Of a stretch of 64,000 bases of DNA, positions 18,973-26,934 are shown in pieces (within the stretch, counting starts at the first letter, position 1; each line of letters begins with the position of its first letter). The notes under the pieces are model-generated. The model did not search any database. It saw only the letters and a program-made list of their open reading frames with translations, and was not told the origin of the DNA. The translations under genes and the position numbers were made by a program. Location of the stretch: NCBI GenBank assembly GCA_040776985.1, contig JAXGZL010000003.1, positions 54,970 to 118,969 on the forward strand. The letters run 5' to 3'. Source of the stretch: Christensenellales bacterium (GTDB lineage Bacteria > Bacillota > Clostridia > Christensenellales > Aristaeellaceae).

Positions 18973-19659
18973 TCAGGCCTTGTCCTTCTTGAAGCAGAGG
19001 AACCAGTCCAGACAGGTGATGTCCTCGTCCTTGCCTTCCATGCGCTCCTTGGCGGTGCCGCAGGAGCCGGCCGGGGGCACGATGACATCCTGGCCGGGGC
19101 GCCAGTCGGCCGGGGTGGCCACCTGGTCGCTGTCCGCCTTCTGCAGGGCCAGCACGATGCGCTTAAGCTCGTCAAAGTTGCGGCCGGTGGACAGCGGATA
19201 GTACAGGATGGTGCGGATGATGCCCTTGGGGTCAATCACAAACACGGCGCGCACCGCCTGGGTGTTGCTCTGGCCAGGCTGGATCATGCCATACTTGTTG
19301 GCAACCTCCATGCGGATGTCCTCAATCAGCGGGAAGTGGACCTCCACGTTCTTCATGCCCTTCCACTCCAGCTCCTGGATGCGGCGCAGCCAGGCGATGT
19401 GGGCGTAGAGGGAGTCCACGGACAGGCCGACCAACTCGGTGTTGATGGCCTTGAACTCATCCGACATGGTGGCAAAGGTCATGAACTCCGTGGTGCAAAC
19501 CGGCGTAAAGTCAGCGGGGTGAGAGAAAAGGATGACCCACTTGCCCTTGTAATCCTCCGGGAAGTTGAGGGGGCCCTGGGTGGTGACTGCCTTGAACTCC
19601 GGGGCCTTGTCGCCGATCAGGGGCATGCGGTTGTAGGTGATGGTCTGTGTGTTTTCCAT
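18973..19659 (-). CDS. peroxiredoxin (Prx1/Prx6-type thiol peroxidase)
   Basis: Peroxidatic Cys motif FSHPADFTPVCTTE. ~228 aa with a C-terminal Cys-containing extension. Confidence 0.9.
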   Translation of the reverse strand: MENTQTITYNRMPLIGDKAPEFKAVTTQGPLNFPEDYKGKWVILFSHPADFTPVCTTEFMTFATMSDEFKAINTELVGLSVDSLYAHIAWLRRIQELEWKGMKNVEVHFPLIEDIRMEVANKYGMIQPGQSNTQAVRAVFVIDPKGIIRTILYYPLSTGRNFDELKRIVLALQKADSDQVATPADWRPGQDVIVPPAGSCGTAKERMEGKDEDITCLDWFLCFKKDKA

Positions 19660-19720
19660 GGTTCTTTCCTTTCTTTGGCGTTAATATTCGCAGACAGGTC
19701 AGCCTGTCAAAAGCGTCCAT

Positions 19721-20101
19721 TCAGTGGGGAGGCGTTACGCCTTGCCTTGCCTGGCAATCAGCGCAGGTGTAGTTGATCTTCAGGTCATAGGAGTGCACCT
19801 GAACGCCGGTCTGATGCCTGAGGGTGTCGGTCAGATCAGGCAGCAGGACATCGGACAGCTGCCCGCAGACGATGCACAGCAGGTGATCGTGGCGGGTGAC
19901 CCGGTCGTAGCGGTCCGGGAAGCCCTCCACCGAAACCCTGCGCACAAGGCCGGCCTGGCTTAATTTTTTCAGGTTGTTGTACACCGTGGCCAGCACCATT
20001 TTGGGCTGACTTTGCTTGAGCTGCAGATAGATCTCCTCCGCGCTCAGGTGCCCATCTGTTTCCTGGATCAGAGCCAGGATACGGTCGCCGTAGGTGCCCA
20101 A
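19721..20101 (-). CDS. Fur-family transcriptional regulator (PerR-like by context)
   Basis: Winged helix (ATVYNNLKKL), HDHLLCIVCG and CADC metal sites. TTG at 20101 sits 8 nt after AAGGAG; the ORF-track GTG at 20110 abuts the RBS. Confidence 0.8.
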   Translation of the reverse strand: MGTYGDRILALIQETDGHLSAEEIYLQLKQSQPKMVLATVYNNLKKLSQAGLVRRVSVEGFPDRYDRVTRHDHLLCIVCGQLSDVLLPDLTDTLRHQTGVQVHSYDLKINYTCADCQARQGVTPPH

Positions 20102-20117
20102 AGCATTCACTCCTTAG

Positions 20118-20136
20118 AATTAGAACTAATCTAATT
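20118..20136. promoter_or_regulatory. inverted repeat AATTAGA-N5-TCTAATT (candidate Fur/PerR operator)
   Basis: Perfect 7-5-7 inverted repeat overlapping the -10 hexamer, in an AT-rich patch with TTAGAA-type half sites. Confidence 0.4.
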
Positions 20137-20162
20137 ATAAGTGAGAAAGCGCTCGATGTCAA
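20134..20162 (-). promoter_or_regulatory. sigma-A consensus promoter of the Fur-family/peroxiredoxin operon
   Basis: Minus strand reads TTGACA-17 nt-TATAAT, both hexamers perfect. Confidence 0.7.
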
Positions 20163-20192
20163 GTCTCCAGGGAAAGAACTTTAGTCTATCGT

Positions 20193-20219
20193 TTAGCACT
20201 CGAAAGGGAAGAGTGCTAA
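20193..20219 (+). promoter_or_regulatory. CIRCE operator (HrcA binding site)
   Basis: TTAGCACTC-N9-GAGTGCTAA, an exact match to the CIRCE consensus. Sits 7 nt upstream of a TTGCAA-17-TAAGAT promoter (20227-20255) in front of htpG. Confidence 0.85.
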
Positions 20220-20291
20220 AAATCGCTTGCAATCGGTGCGGACGGATGATAAGATAAGGCCATCCATTATTTTTCATTCGGAGGGACCACC

Positions 20292-22235
20292 ATGGCAAAG
20301 GAAAAAAGCACAGTTCAGAAGGGCAGCATTTCCATTGATGCTCAGAACATCATGCCGGTGATCAAACGCTGGCTGTATTCAGATAAGGACATTTTCATCC
20401 GGGAAATCGTCTCCAACGGCGTGGACGCCATCACCAAGCTGAAAATGCTGGGGAAGGGCGGGGAGGAGGACCTGCAGGTCACCGTCACCATTGACAAAAA
20501 GAAAGGTGAGATCCGGGTGTCCGACAACGGCATCGGGATGACGGCGGAAGAGGTGGACCAGTTCATCAACCAGGTGGCCTTTTCCAGCGCCGAGGCCTTC
20601 CTGAAGAACTATCAGGGGGAGGACGCCGCCGGCATCATCGGCCACTTTGGCCTGGGCTTCTACTCCGCCTTTATGGCATCAAACATGGTGACCATTGACT
20701 CCCTGTCCTATCAGGAGGGGGCGGAGGCGGTGCGCTGGGAGAGCAAGGACGGCATCAACTTTGAGATGATGCCGGGGGAAAGAACCGCAAGGGGCACCAC
20801 CATCATCATGCGCCTGATGGAGGAGGAGAAGGAATTCCTGGAAACCCACCGGGCTCGGGAGGTGCTGGAGAAGTACTGCGGGTACATGTCCGTGCCCATT
20901 ATCCTGAACGACCTGGAGGACATCAAGGAGCGCAAGGCCGACTTTGAAAAGCGCCGCAAGGAGCATGAGAAGGAAGCGGCCAAAAAGAAGAAGGAAGCCG
21001 AAAAGGAAGGAAAGCCGGCGCCGGAGGAGCTGCCCTTTGTCGGGGAGGAGCCCGGCCCCGTCCAGATCAACGATGTAAGCCCCCTGTGGCTGAAGGCGCC
21101 CAAGGACTGCACGGATGAGGAGTACAAGGAAACCTACCGCAAGCTTTTCCGCACCTGGGAGGAGCCTCTGTTCTGGATCCACCTGAATGTGGACTATCCC
21201 TTCAACCTGAAGGGCATCCTGTACTTCCCCCGCATCAAGAAGGATTTTTCCGGTCAGGACGGCGAGATCAAGCTGTTCAACCGCCAGGTCTTTGTGGCGG
21301 ACAACATCAAGGAAGTGATTCCGGAGTTTTTGATGGTCTTAAAGGGCGTCATTGACTGCCCGGACCTGCCGCTGAACGTGTCCCGTTCCTTCCTGCAAAA
21401 TGACGGCTATGTGAGGAAACTGTCCACCCATATTGTGAAAAAGGTGGCGGACAAGCTGAACAGCCTGTTTAGCTCCGAACGGGAAACCTACCATCGCTAC
21501 TGGGACGACATCCACCCCTTTATCAAGTACGGCTGTGTGAGCGACCGGAAGTTCTATGACCAGGTGAAGGACAGCCTGCTGCTGAAAACCACCAAAGGGG
21601 AATACCTGACCCTGGACGAGTACAAGGCCCGCAACAAGGGCAAGACCGAGAAAAAGGCCTACTACACCACCGACGCCGCCCGCCAGGCCGCCAGCGTGGC
21701 CCCCTTTGAGGCAAAGGACATTGACGTGGCGGTGCTGGACACCCTGATTGACGTGAACTTCATGTCCTTCCTGGAGTATTCGGGTGGGCAGGACCTGCAG
21801 TTTGTGCGGGTGGACGCGGACATCAAGGGCCTGCAGGAGGACAGCGAGGAGGGCAAGGACCTGGACCAGGAAGCCCTGCAGACCCGGGTGCGGGAGGTGC
21901 TGAGCCAGCCTGAGATGGAGGTGCAGCTGGCCTCCCTCAGCGACAAGGACCTGCCCGGCATCCTGACGGAGGACGAGCAGCTCAGGCGTTACAAGGACAT
22001 GAGCCGCATCTATGGCCAGGCGCAGGCCTTCCCTGAGCGCTACACCCTGGTCTTAAACCGGGGCAACAAATCTGTCCAGGCCATCGCCGCCATGGAGGCG
22101 GGGGAGAAGCAGAGCCTGCTGATCCAGCAGATCTTTGACCTGGCCCGGCTGTCCTCCAGGCCCCTGGAAGGGGAGGAGCTGAAGGCTTTCATGAACCGCA
22201 GCAACAGGCTGATTGAGATTCTGGCGGAGGAATAA
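20292..22235 (+). CDS. htpG: molecular chaperone HtpG (Hsp90)
   Basis: GHKL ATPase N-domain (EIVSNGVDA, DNGIGM, GHFGLGFYS), a charged linker, and ~647 aa length. Confidence 0.93.
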   Translation: MAKEKSTVQKGSISIDAQNIMPVIKRWLYSDKDIFIREIVSNGVDAITKLKMLGKGGEEDLQVTVTIDKKKGEIRVSDNGIGMTAEEVDQFINQVAFSSAEAFLKNYQGEDAAGIIGHFGLGFYSAFMASNMVTIDSLSYQEGAEAVRWESKDGINFEMMPGERTARGTTIIMRLMEEEKEFLETHRAREVLEKYCGYMSVPIILNDLEDIKERKADFEKRRKEHEKEAAKKKKEAEKEGKPAPEELPFVGEEPGPVQINDVSPLWLKAPKDCTDEEYKETYRKLFRTWEEPLFWIHLNVDYPFNLKGILYFPRIKKDFSGQDGEIKLFNRQVFVADNIKEVIPEFLMVLKGVIDCPDLPLNVSRSFLQNDGYVRKLSTHIVKKVADKLNSLFSSERETYHRYWDDIHPFIKYGCVSDRKFYDQVKDSLLLKTTKGEYLTLDEYKARNKGKTEKKAYYTTDAARQAASVAPFEAKDIDVAVLDTLIDVNFMSFLEYSGGQDLQFVRVDADIKGLQEDSEEGKDLDQEALQTRVREVLSQPEMEVQLASLSDKDLPGILTEDEQLRRYKDMSRIYGQAQAFPERYTLVLNRGNKSVQAIAAMEAGEKQSLLIQQIFDLARLSSRPLEGEELKAFMNRSNRLIEILAEE

Positions 22236-22250
22236 AAGCAGACGATAAAC

Positions 22251-22284
22251 AAAGGGGATGGCGCCAATCGGCGCCATCCCCTTT
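22251..22284. terminator. bidirectional intrinsic terminator
   Basis: 15-bp perfect stem AAAGGGGATGGCGCC-aatc-GGCGCCATCCCCTTT between convergent htpG and cvpA. Confidence 0.8.
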
Positions 22285-22299
22285 GTGCGTTAAAACGCT

Positions 22300-23007
22300 T
22301 TATGACGATATGCCGATCACCCGCATGAACAGGCCGTCATTGGCAAACCAGTTGGCCAGGGCGCTGGACTCCATCAAATTGTTGAACTGCCCGCCGGGAA
22401 CAATCACCTGGATCAAAGGAATCAGCAGCACCAGCAGATAGCACAGCGCCGCTCCCCGCACCAGGCCAAAGGCGCCGCCCGCCAGCCAGTCCAGCTGCCT
22501 TAAAATGGGGTATTCAAACACATGGCGCACCAGGGACAGCAGCAGGGTGAAGAGAAGGTAGGCGGCGGCAAAGCAGGCCAAAAAGCTTAAAATGCTGATG
22601 GCGGTGTGGACGATGGTGCTGGAGACATAGTCGTTTACCGTGGATAGCCCTCTCTGGCTGAAGGCCTGAGTGACGATGTTGTTGCGAAGGGCATGCTCGA
22701 TGTTCTCCGGCAGGGACACGCTGTTAAGCACCGTGTCCAGCACCGAGCCTGACACCTGGTTGACGGGGGAGGAGGCCAGGTCATAGTCCCCCACCCGGGC
22801 CACGGCGTCGGTCATGTTGACCATCAGCCCGCTGATGGTCTGGTCCCCGGAAAAAAGCCGGGCCAGCGCCGGGCCAAACAGAAAGCCGGACAGAATGGAC
22901 AGGCCCAGGGCCACCAGGCTGGCGACCGACTGGATAAAGCCGTGATACAGGCCATAGATCACGCTGATCGCCAGGATAAACAGCAGGATGCCATCGATGA
23001 TATTCAC
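22300..23007 (-). CDS. cvpA: CvpA-family membrane protein
   Basis: Four TM helices with a typical CvpA N-terminus (IIDGILLFILAISVIYGLYHGF). GTG at 23007 follows AGGAGG; the longer ORF-track start was rejected. Confidence 0.7.
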   Translation of the reverse strand: MNIIDGILLFILAISVIYGLYHGFIQSVASLVALGLSILSGFLFGPALARLFSGDQTISGLMVNMTDAVARVGDYDLASSPVNQVSGSVLDTVLNSVSLPENIEHALRNNIVTQAFSQRGLSTVNDYVSSTIVHTAISILSFLACFAAAYLLFTLLLSLVRHVFEYPILRQLDWLAGGAFGLVRGAALCYLLVLLIPLIQVIVPGGQFNNLMESSALANWFANDGLFMRVIGISS

Positions 23008-23023
23008 AGTTCCTCCTAAAGGC

Positions 23024-24136
23024 TTAGGGCAGGGTGACGGCGTAGACCTCCTGGCCCGCGTTGACCAGGGCAACCCCGTTGGTCAGCCGGCCGATGTAGC
23101 CGGTGACAGGGTCCGGGATGGGCAGTTTGGCGGCTGAGAAGCGCTGGGCGTTCAGCTCCGCCTTGTAGACGCTGCCGGAGGAGAAGGCGAAGAGGCTGTT
23201 GCCCTTGAGGCCCGCGCCCACGCAGGTGTCAGGCAGGGTATAGCGGCTGTCCCGCTTGCCTCCGGACAGCACCCGGAGCTCTGTAATCTGCTGGGTGTCC
23301 GCGGTCTGCAGTTCCGGCGCGAAGAGCATCAGGGCGTCGCCCGCGCCGGTGACGCTGTCAATCAGCCGCCAGCCATAGACCAGCTGCTTTGACAGCGGGT
23401 CCAGGGTGCCGCGGTAGTCGTAGAGGTTCAGTTCCCGGGTGTTGATCACATTCAGCTTGGTGCCCGAGTAGTGCACCGCGTAGGGGATTTCCTCCCCCAG
23501 ATCCACCTCACCCGTGTTCATGGCGCCCACCTGATAGATGTTCATCACCGTCAGGGGGGCCACGCCGTAGACATCCAGGGCGGTGGTCCACAGGTAGTTG
23601 CCGTTTTCAAAAAAGCCCATGTCCAGGATCATCTTGTCCGCGTAGGCCACGGTTTCAGAGTCCACCGCCAGGCCGCCCAGGTCCTTGACCAAAAGGGTGG
23701 GGCTGAAGTTGTCCCCGATCACGACGGCCACATACTGCCGTCCGGGCTTGGCGTACTGGATGGGGTCTGACAGACGGTCGTTATAGGTGGCATGCCCCTT
23801 CTGGTCCAGGATGTGCAGGTGGGCGCCGATCCAGGCGGCCACCGCGGTGTCGCTGGCGGTGAAGCGGGCCCCCGCCCCCAGGGCGTATTTCCATTGCTCC
23901 GTCCCGTTGGCATTCAGGCAAAACAGGGTGGAGCCGTCGTAGTACAGCACCTTGTCCCCAAAGGGGGTCACCTGCTGGGACACCACGCAGCGCAGTTTCC
24001 TGGCGGTCAGCTGCCGGGGGCCGCCCCCGAATATGCCCAGGACATAGAGAATCAGCAGCAGCACGACAACAATGGCGCCAATGGCCAGATATATCCTTAT
24101 CCTGCTTCCGCGCTCCCCGGTCTGATCCATTCCCAT
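23024..24136 (-). CDS. membrane-anchored protein of unknown function (DUF5711-like, beta-rich)
   Basis: One N-terminal TM helix followed by ~330 aa of repetitive beta-rich sequence. The family name is recalled only. Confidence 0.45.
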   Translation of the reverse strand: MGMDQTGERGSRIRIYLAIGAIVVVLLLILYVLGIFGGGPRQLTARKLRCVVSQQVTPFGDKVLYYDGSTLFCLNANGTEQWKYALGAGARFTASDTAVAAWIGAHLHILDQKGHATYNDRLSDPIQYAKPGRQYVAVVIGDNFSPTLLVKDLGGLAVDSETVAYADKMILDMGFFENGNYLWTTALDVYGVAPLTVMNIYQVGAMNTGEVDLGEEIPYAVHYSGTKLNVINTRELNLYDYRGTLDPLSKQLVYGWRLIDSVTGAGDALMLFAPELQTADTQQITELRVLSGGKRDSRYTLPDTCVGAGLKGNSLFAFSSGSVYKAELNAQRFSAAKLPIPDPVTGYIGRLTNGVALVNAGQEVYAVTLP

Positions 24137-24192
24137 CCTCCCTTGCTCCAGTGCCTGCTGAATTATAAGCCCGGAAGGGGGCTTTGGTCAAT

Positions 24193-24468
24193 TTATTGCG
24201 ATAAACCCTGCCGCCGTCTCTCCTGGCGCTGGCGGCTGATTTCAAACAGGCGCTCATACACTGAAGAGACATCCGCCTGGAAGGCATTGTCACAGCCTTC
24301 CATCAGGCGGGCGATGATGGCGGCTTCCCTGGCGGGGTCATAGACGGCCAGGCTGTGCGCTGCCTTGTAGTCGGACACGGCGTCCACCACCTGAAAGCGT
24401 TCCGCCAGAAGTGCCGTGATTTGCTGATCCAGCTGGTCAATTCTCTCCCGGGCTTGCGTTAAATCCAT
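24193..24468 (-). CDS. chorismate mutase (AroQ class)
   Basis: ~91 aa helical protein with RERIDQLDQQITALLAERF, typical of AroQ. Internal ATG at 24468 preferred. Confidence 0.75.
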   Translation of the reverse strand: MDLTQARERIDQLDQQITALLAERFQVVDAVSDYKAAHSLAVYDPAREAAIIARLMEGCDNAFQADVSSVYERLFEISRQRQERRRQGLSQ

Positions 24469-24563
24469 GTTGTCAGGCTTCCTTTCTGCCAGGCAAGGGT
24501 GCAAGAAGGTGTCTGGTTCTTAAACTTATTGACAGTATTATGCCCGATCATCGAGGGGATCAC

Positions 24564-24598
24564 AAGAAGAAAAGGGAGCCTCTCATTCAGAGGCTCCC
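24564..24598 (-). terminator. intrinsic terminator
   Basis: GGGAGCCTCT-loop-AGAGGCTCCC followed on the minus strand by TTTTCTTCTT. Downstream of the 24616 stop. Confidence 0.7.
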
Positions 24599-24615
24599 AG
24601 ATGTAAGGGAATCTA

Positions 24616-25692
24616 TCAGTAGCGCAGCACGGCCACAAAGCCGCCCAGCAGCGCCAGGGCATCCCAGTCCAGGGAATAGAGGGTGCCGCCGTTCATCAGC
24701 ACCTGCTCGGCTGCCTTGTCCAGGGCTTTGCTTTCGCTCTCCCGGGGCCTGTCCGGCAGGATCAGCAGTTCCACCCTGCCCTCCTGGGCGGCGGTTCTGA
24801 TTTCGCCCAGGTCCAGCAGGATCTTGTTTTCCTTGCGCTTGTTGCTGATCCGGGTGCGCAGGGCGTCCAGCTCCTTTTCCAGATAAGGGCGGAGGATGTC
24901 CCGGGCTTTCACATACAGGTCCCTGGGATCAATGGAATCCATCGGTTTCTTGATGGGGTCCAGGTAGAAATTGCCCTTGGCCAGCTGCTGATATTCATTC
25001 ACATTGCTTTCGGTGCCCACCAGGATCATGGGCAGGCCTGTGTCCCGGTGCAGCTTGGTGAAGGCGCCGTCCAGGTAGCGGAAGTATTTCTCCCGGTCCT
25101 TGGCCACCTCTTCTGCCCGGGCGCGGTGCCCGTGATGGGTGCCGGCAATCCCGGAATAGCTGCCCACATTCAGGTTGGAATTGGCGTCAAAGTCGTCAAA
25201 CAGCTCGGGGAAGGAGGCTTTGACTTCCGGCAGTTCCACCTGCTCCAGGCCCTCCCGGCTGACCTGGAAGATGGAGAAGCGGTCCCGGCTGATGTCGGTC
25301 AGGTAGGCCTGGCCAATGGACTGCAGCATGGGATAGATGGGGGGCAGATGATAGTGCTTGCCCACATAGTGGAGCGGGCCCACCGGGGCGTCCAGCATGA
25401 AGGTGGCAACACGGCCGCCGCCTGCCAGGACGGCCAGGCCCTCGGTGGTGTGATTCCAGAAATCATCATCATCAAGCAGGCCCTGAAGCGCTGTGAAGGT
25501 GTCCTGCCATTCCCGGCGGGGGTATTTGGCGTCCAGCAGCGTTTCCACTTCCTGCAGTTTGTTTTTATAGTTGATGGGGTCCTGCTTGTTGTCAGGAAAG
25601 GCCCGGTGGGTGGGAATGAAGATGGACACCCGGGGCGGCTGCGCCTTGAGCAGTTCTGCCATCAAAGCATCGCGTTTTTTAATATCAATCAT
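24616..25692 (-). CDS. eRF1/Pelota-like protein (bacterial archaeo-eukaryotic release-factor-like, baeRF type)
   Basis: N-terminal VSIFIPTHR motif, central GxxGTHHGHRA loop, and a C-terminal ...LGGFVAVLRY end resembling the eRF1_3/Pelota C-domain. ATG at 25692 follows AAGGAGG. Confidence 0.5.
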   Translation of the reverse strand: MIDIKKRDALMAELLKAQPPRVSIFIPTHRAFPDNKQDPINYKNKLQEVETLLDAKYPRREWQDTFTALQGLLDDDDFWNHTTEGLAVLAGGGRVATFMLDAPVGPLHYVGKHYHLPPIYPMLQSIGQAYLTDISRDRFSIFQVSREGLEQVELPEVKASFPELFDDFDANSNLNVGSYSGIAGTHHGHRARAEEVAKDREKYFRYLDGAFTKLHRDTGLPMILVGTESNVNEYQQLAKGNFYLDPIKKPMDSIDPRDLYVKARDILRPYLEKELDALRTRISNKRKENKILLDLGEIRTAAQEGRVELLILPDRPRESESKALDKAAEQVLMNGGTLYSLDWDALALLGGFVAVLRY

Positions 25693-25747
25693 AAGCTCCT
25701 CCTTCTTTGCACAGTGTGAAATTGATCCATACATTGTATATACCCAG

Positions 25748-25779
25748 AAAAAAGGGAGGCGCCGTATCAGGCGCCTCCC
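25748..25779 (-). terminator. intrinsic terminator after nrdB
   Basis: GGGAGGCGCC-gtatca-GGCGCCTCCC followed on the minus strand by TTTTTT. Confidence 0.8.
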
Positions 25780-25801
25780 AACAGGATTGATTTACCTGTG
25801 C

Positions 25802-26848
25802 TTACAGATCGTCCACCAGGGCGCTGGACTTGGCGTAGGCGGTGCTGCGGGCCTCAAAGAAGTCCGTCTTGATCATGTTGGCGTTGGAGTACTGGCTGAC
25901 CCACTTCATGGTGTCCGGCTCCTTGTCAAAGCCCTCATAAATGGGTTCCAGGCCGATGTTGGTGGCCCTCAGGTTCCCCAGGTATTTGATGTAGTCAGAC
26001 ACCATCTGCCCGGTCAGACCCTGGATCTCTTCCCCGATGGCGTACTGCCCCCAGGCGATTTCCTGCTCGCAGCCCTCCCGGATCATTTCCCGGTACATGG
26101 TTTTCATCTCCGGGGTGAAGAGGGAAGGCACTTCCTTTTCCAGCTCCGTGATGATGTTTTTGAACAGGTAGAGGTGGGTGGCCTCGTCCCGGTTGATGTA
26201 GCGGATCTGCTGAACACTGCCCGGCATCCGGTTGTTGCGGCCCAGGTTGTAGAAGAACATGAAGCCGGAGTAGAAGTAGACCCCTTCCAGGATGTAGTTG
26301 CCCATCACAGCTCGCATGAAGTTGACAAGGGACTTGTCCTCCTGGAAGGCGTTGTAGATGTCCCCGATGAAGGTGTTGCGCCTGAGCAGATGCTCGTCAT
26401 CCTTCCACTGGAACAGGACCGCGTCCCGCTCATGGGGCTCGCAGATGGAGTCTAGCATGTAGGAGTAGCTCTGAGAGTGGATGGCTTCCTGATAGGTCTG
26501 GATGCAGATGCAGAGGTTGACCTCGTTGGCGGTGATGTAGTCGCCGATGTTGGGGAGGTTGGCGGTCTGGATGCTGTCCAGGAAAATGAGGAAGGAAAGC
26601 ACCTTGTCATAGGCCCTGCGCTCGGCTGGCGGCAGATGGGGATACTGCTTCTTGTCGGTGGCCAGGTTGATTTCCTCCGGAATCCAGAAGTTGTTCATGG
26701 CCTGACGGTACCAGGGGCTGACCCACTGGTATTTCATGTTGTTGAAGTCGTTCAGGTTGGTGGTGTTGCCGCCGATCATCTGGCGCAGGTGCACCTCTGT
26801 GTCCCCTTTGGGGTTGAACAGAGGTTTTTTGATCAGTTCCGCCATCAT
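25802..26848 (-). CDS. nrdB: class I ribonucleotide reductase beta (R2) subunit
   Basis: Di-iron ligands (EAIHSQSYS, EGVYFYSGF, EATHL). ATGATG at 26848 follows GAGGAGG. Called nrdB rather than nrdF because the alpha subunit carries an ATP-cone. Confidence 0.88.
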   Translation of the reverse strand: MMAELIKKPLFNPKGDTEVHLRQMIGGNTTNLNDFNNMKYQWVSPWYRQAMNNFWIPEEINLATDKKQYPHLPPAERRAYDKVLSFLIFLDSIQTANLPNIGDYITANEVNLCICIQTYQEAIHSQSYSYMLDSICEPHERDAVLFQWKDDEHLLRRNTFIGDIYNAFQEDKSLVNFMRAVMGNYILEGVYFYSGFMFFYNLGRNNRMPGSVQQIRYINRDEATHLYLFKNIITELEKEVPSLFTPEMKTMYREMIREGCEQEIAWGQYAIGEEIQGLTGQMVSDYIKYLGNLRATNIGLEPIYEGFDKEPDTMKWVSQYSNANMIKTDFFEARSTAYAKSSALVDDL

Positions 26849-26934
26849 ATCCTCCTCATTTTCCCGCTTTTCGGGGGCTTCCACTCAGAAAGCCCCCAAA
26901 GTCCTTTGTGTTATTGCTTACATGATACCATGTT

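Noticed and set aside
26849-26934. NrdR box upstream of nrdB.
   Set aside because: Only a weak palindrome (ACATGgtatCATGT) is present. It lacks the A/T-rich core of the NrdR consensus, and no second box occurs at the 31-32 bp spacing.
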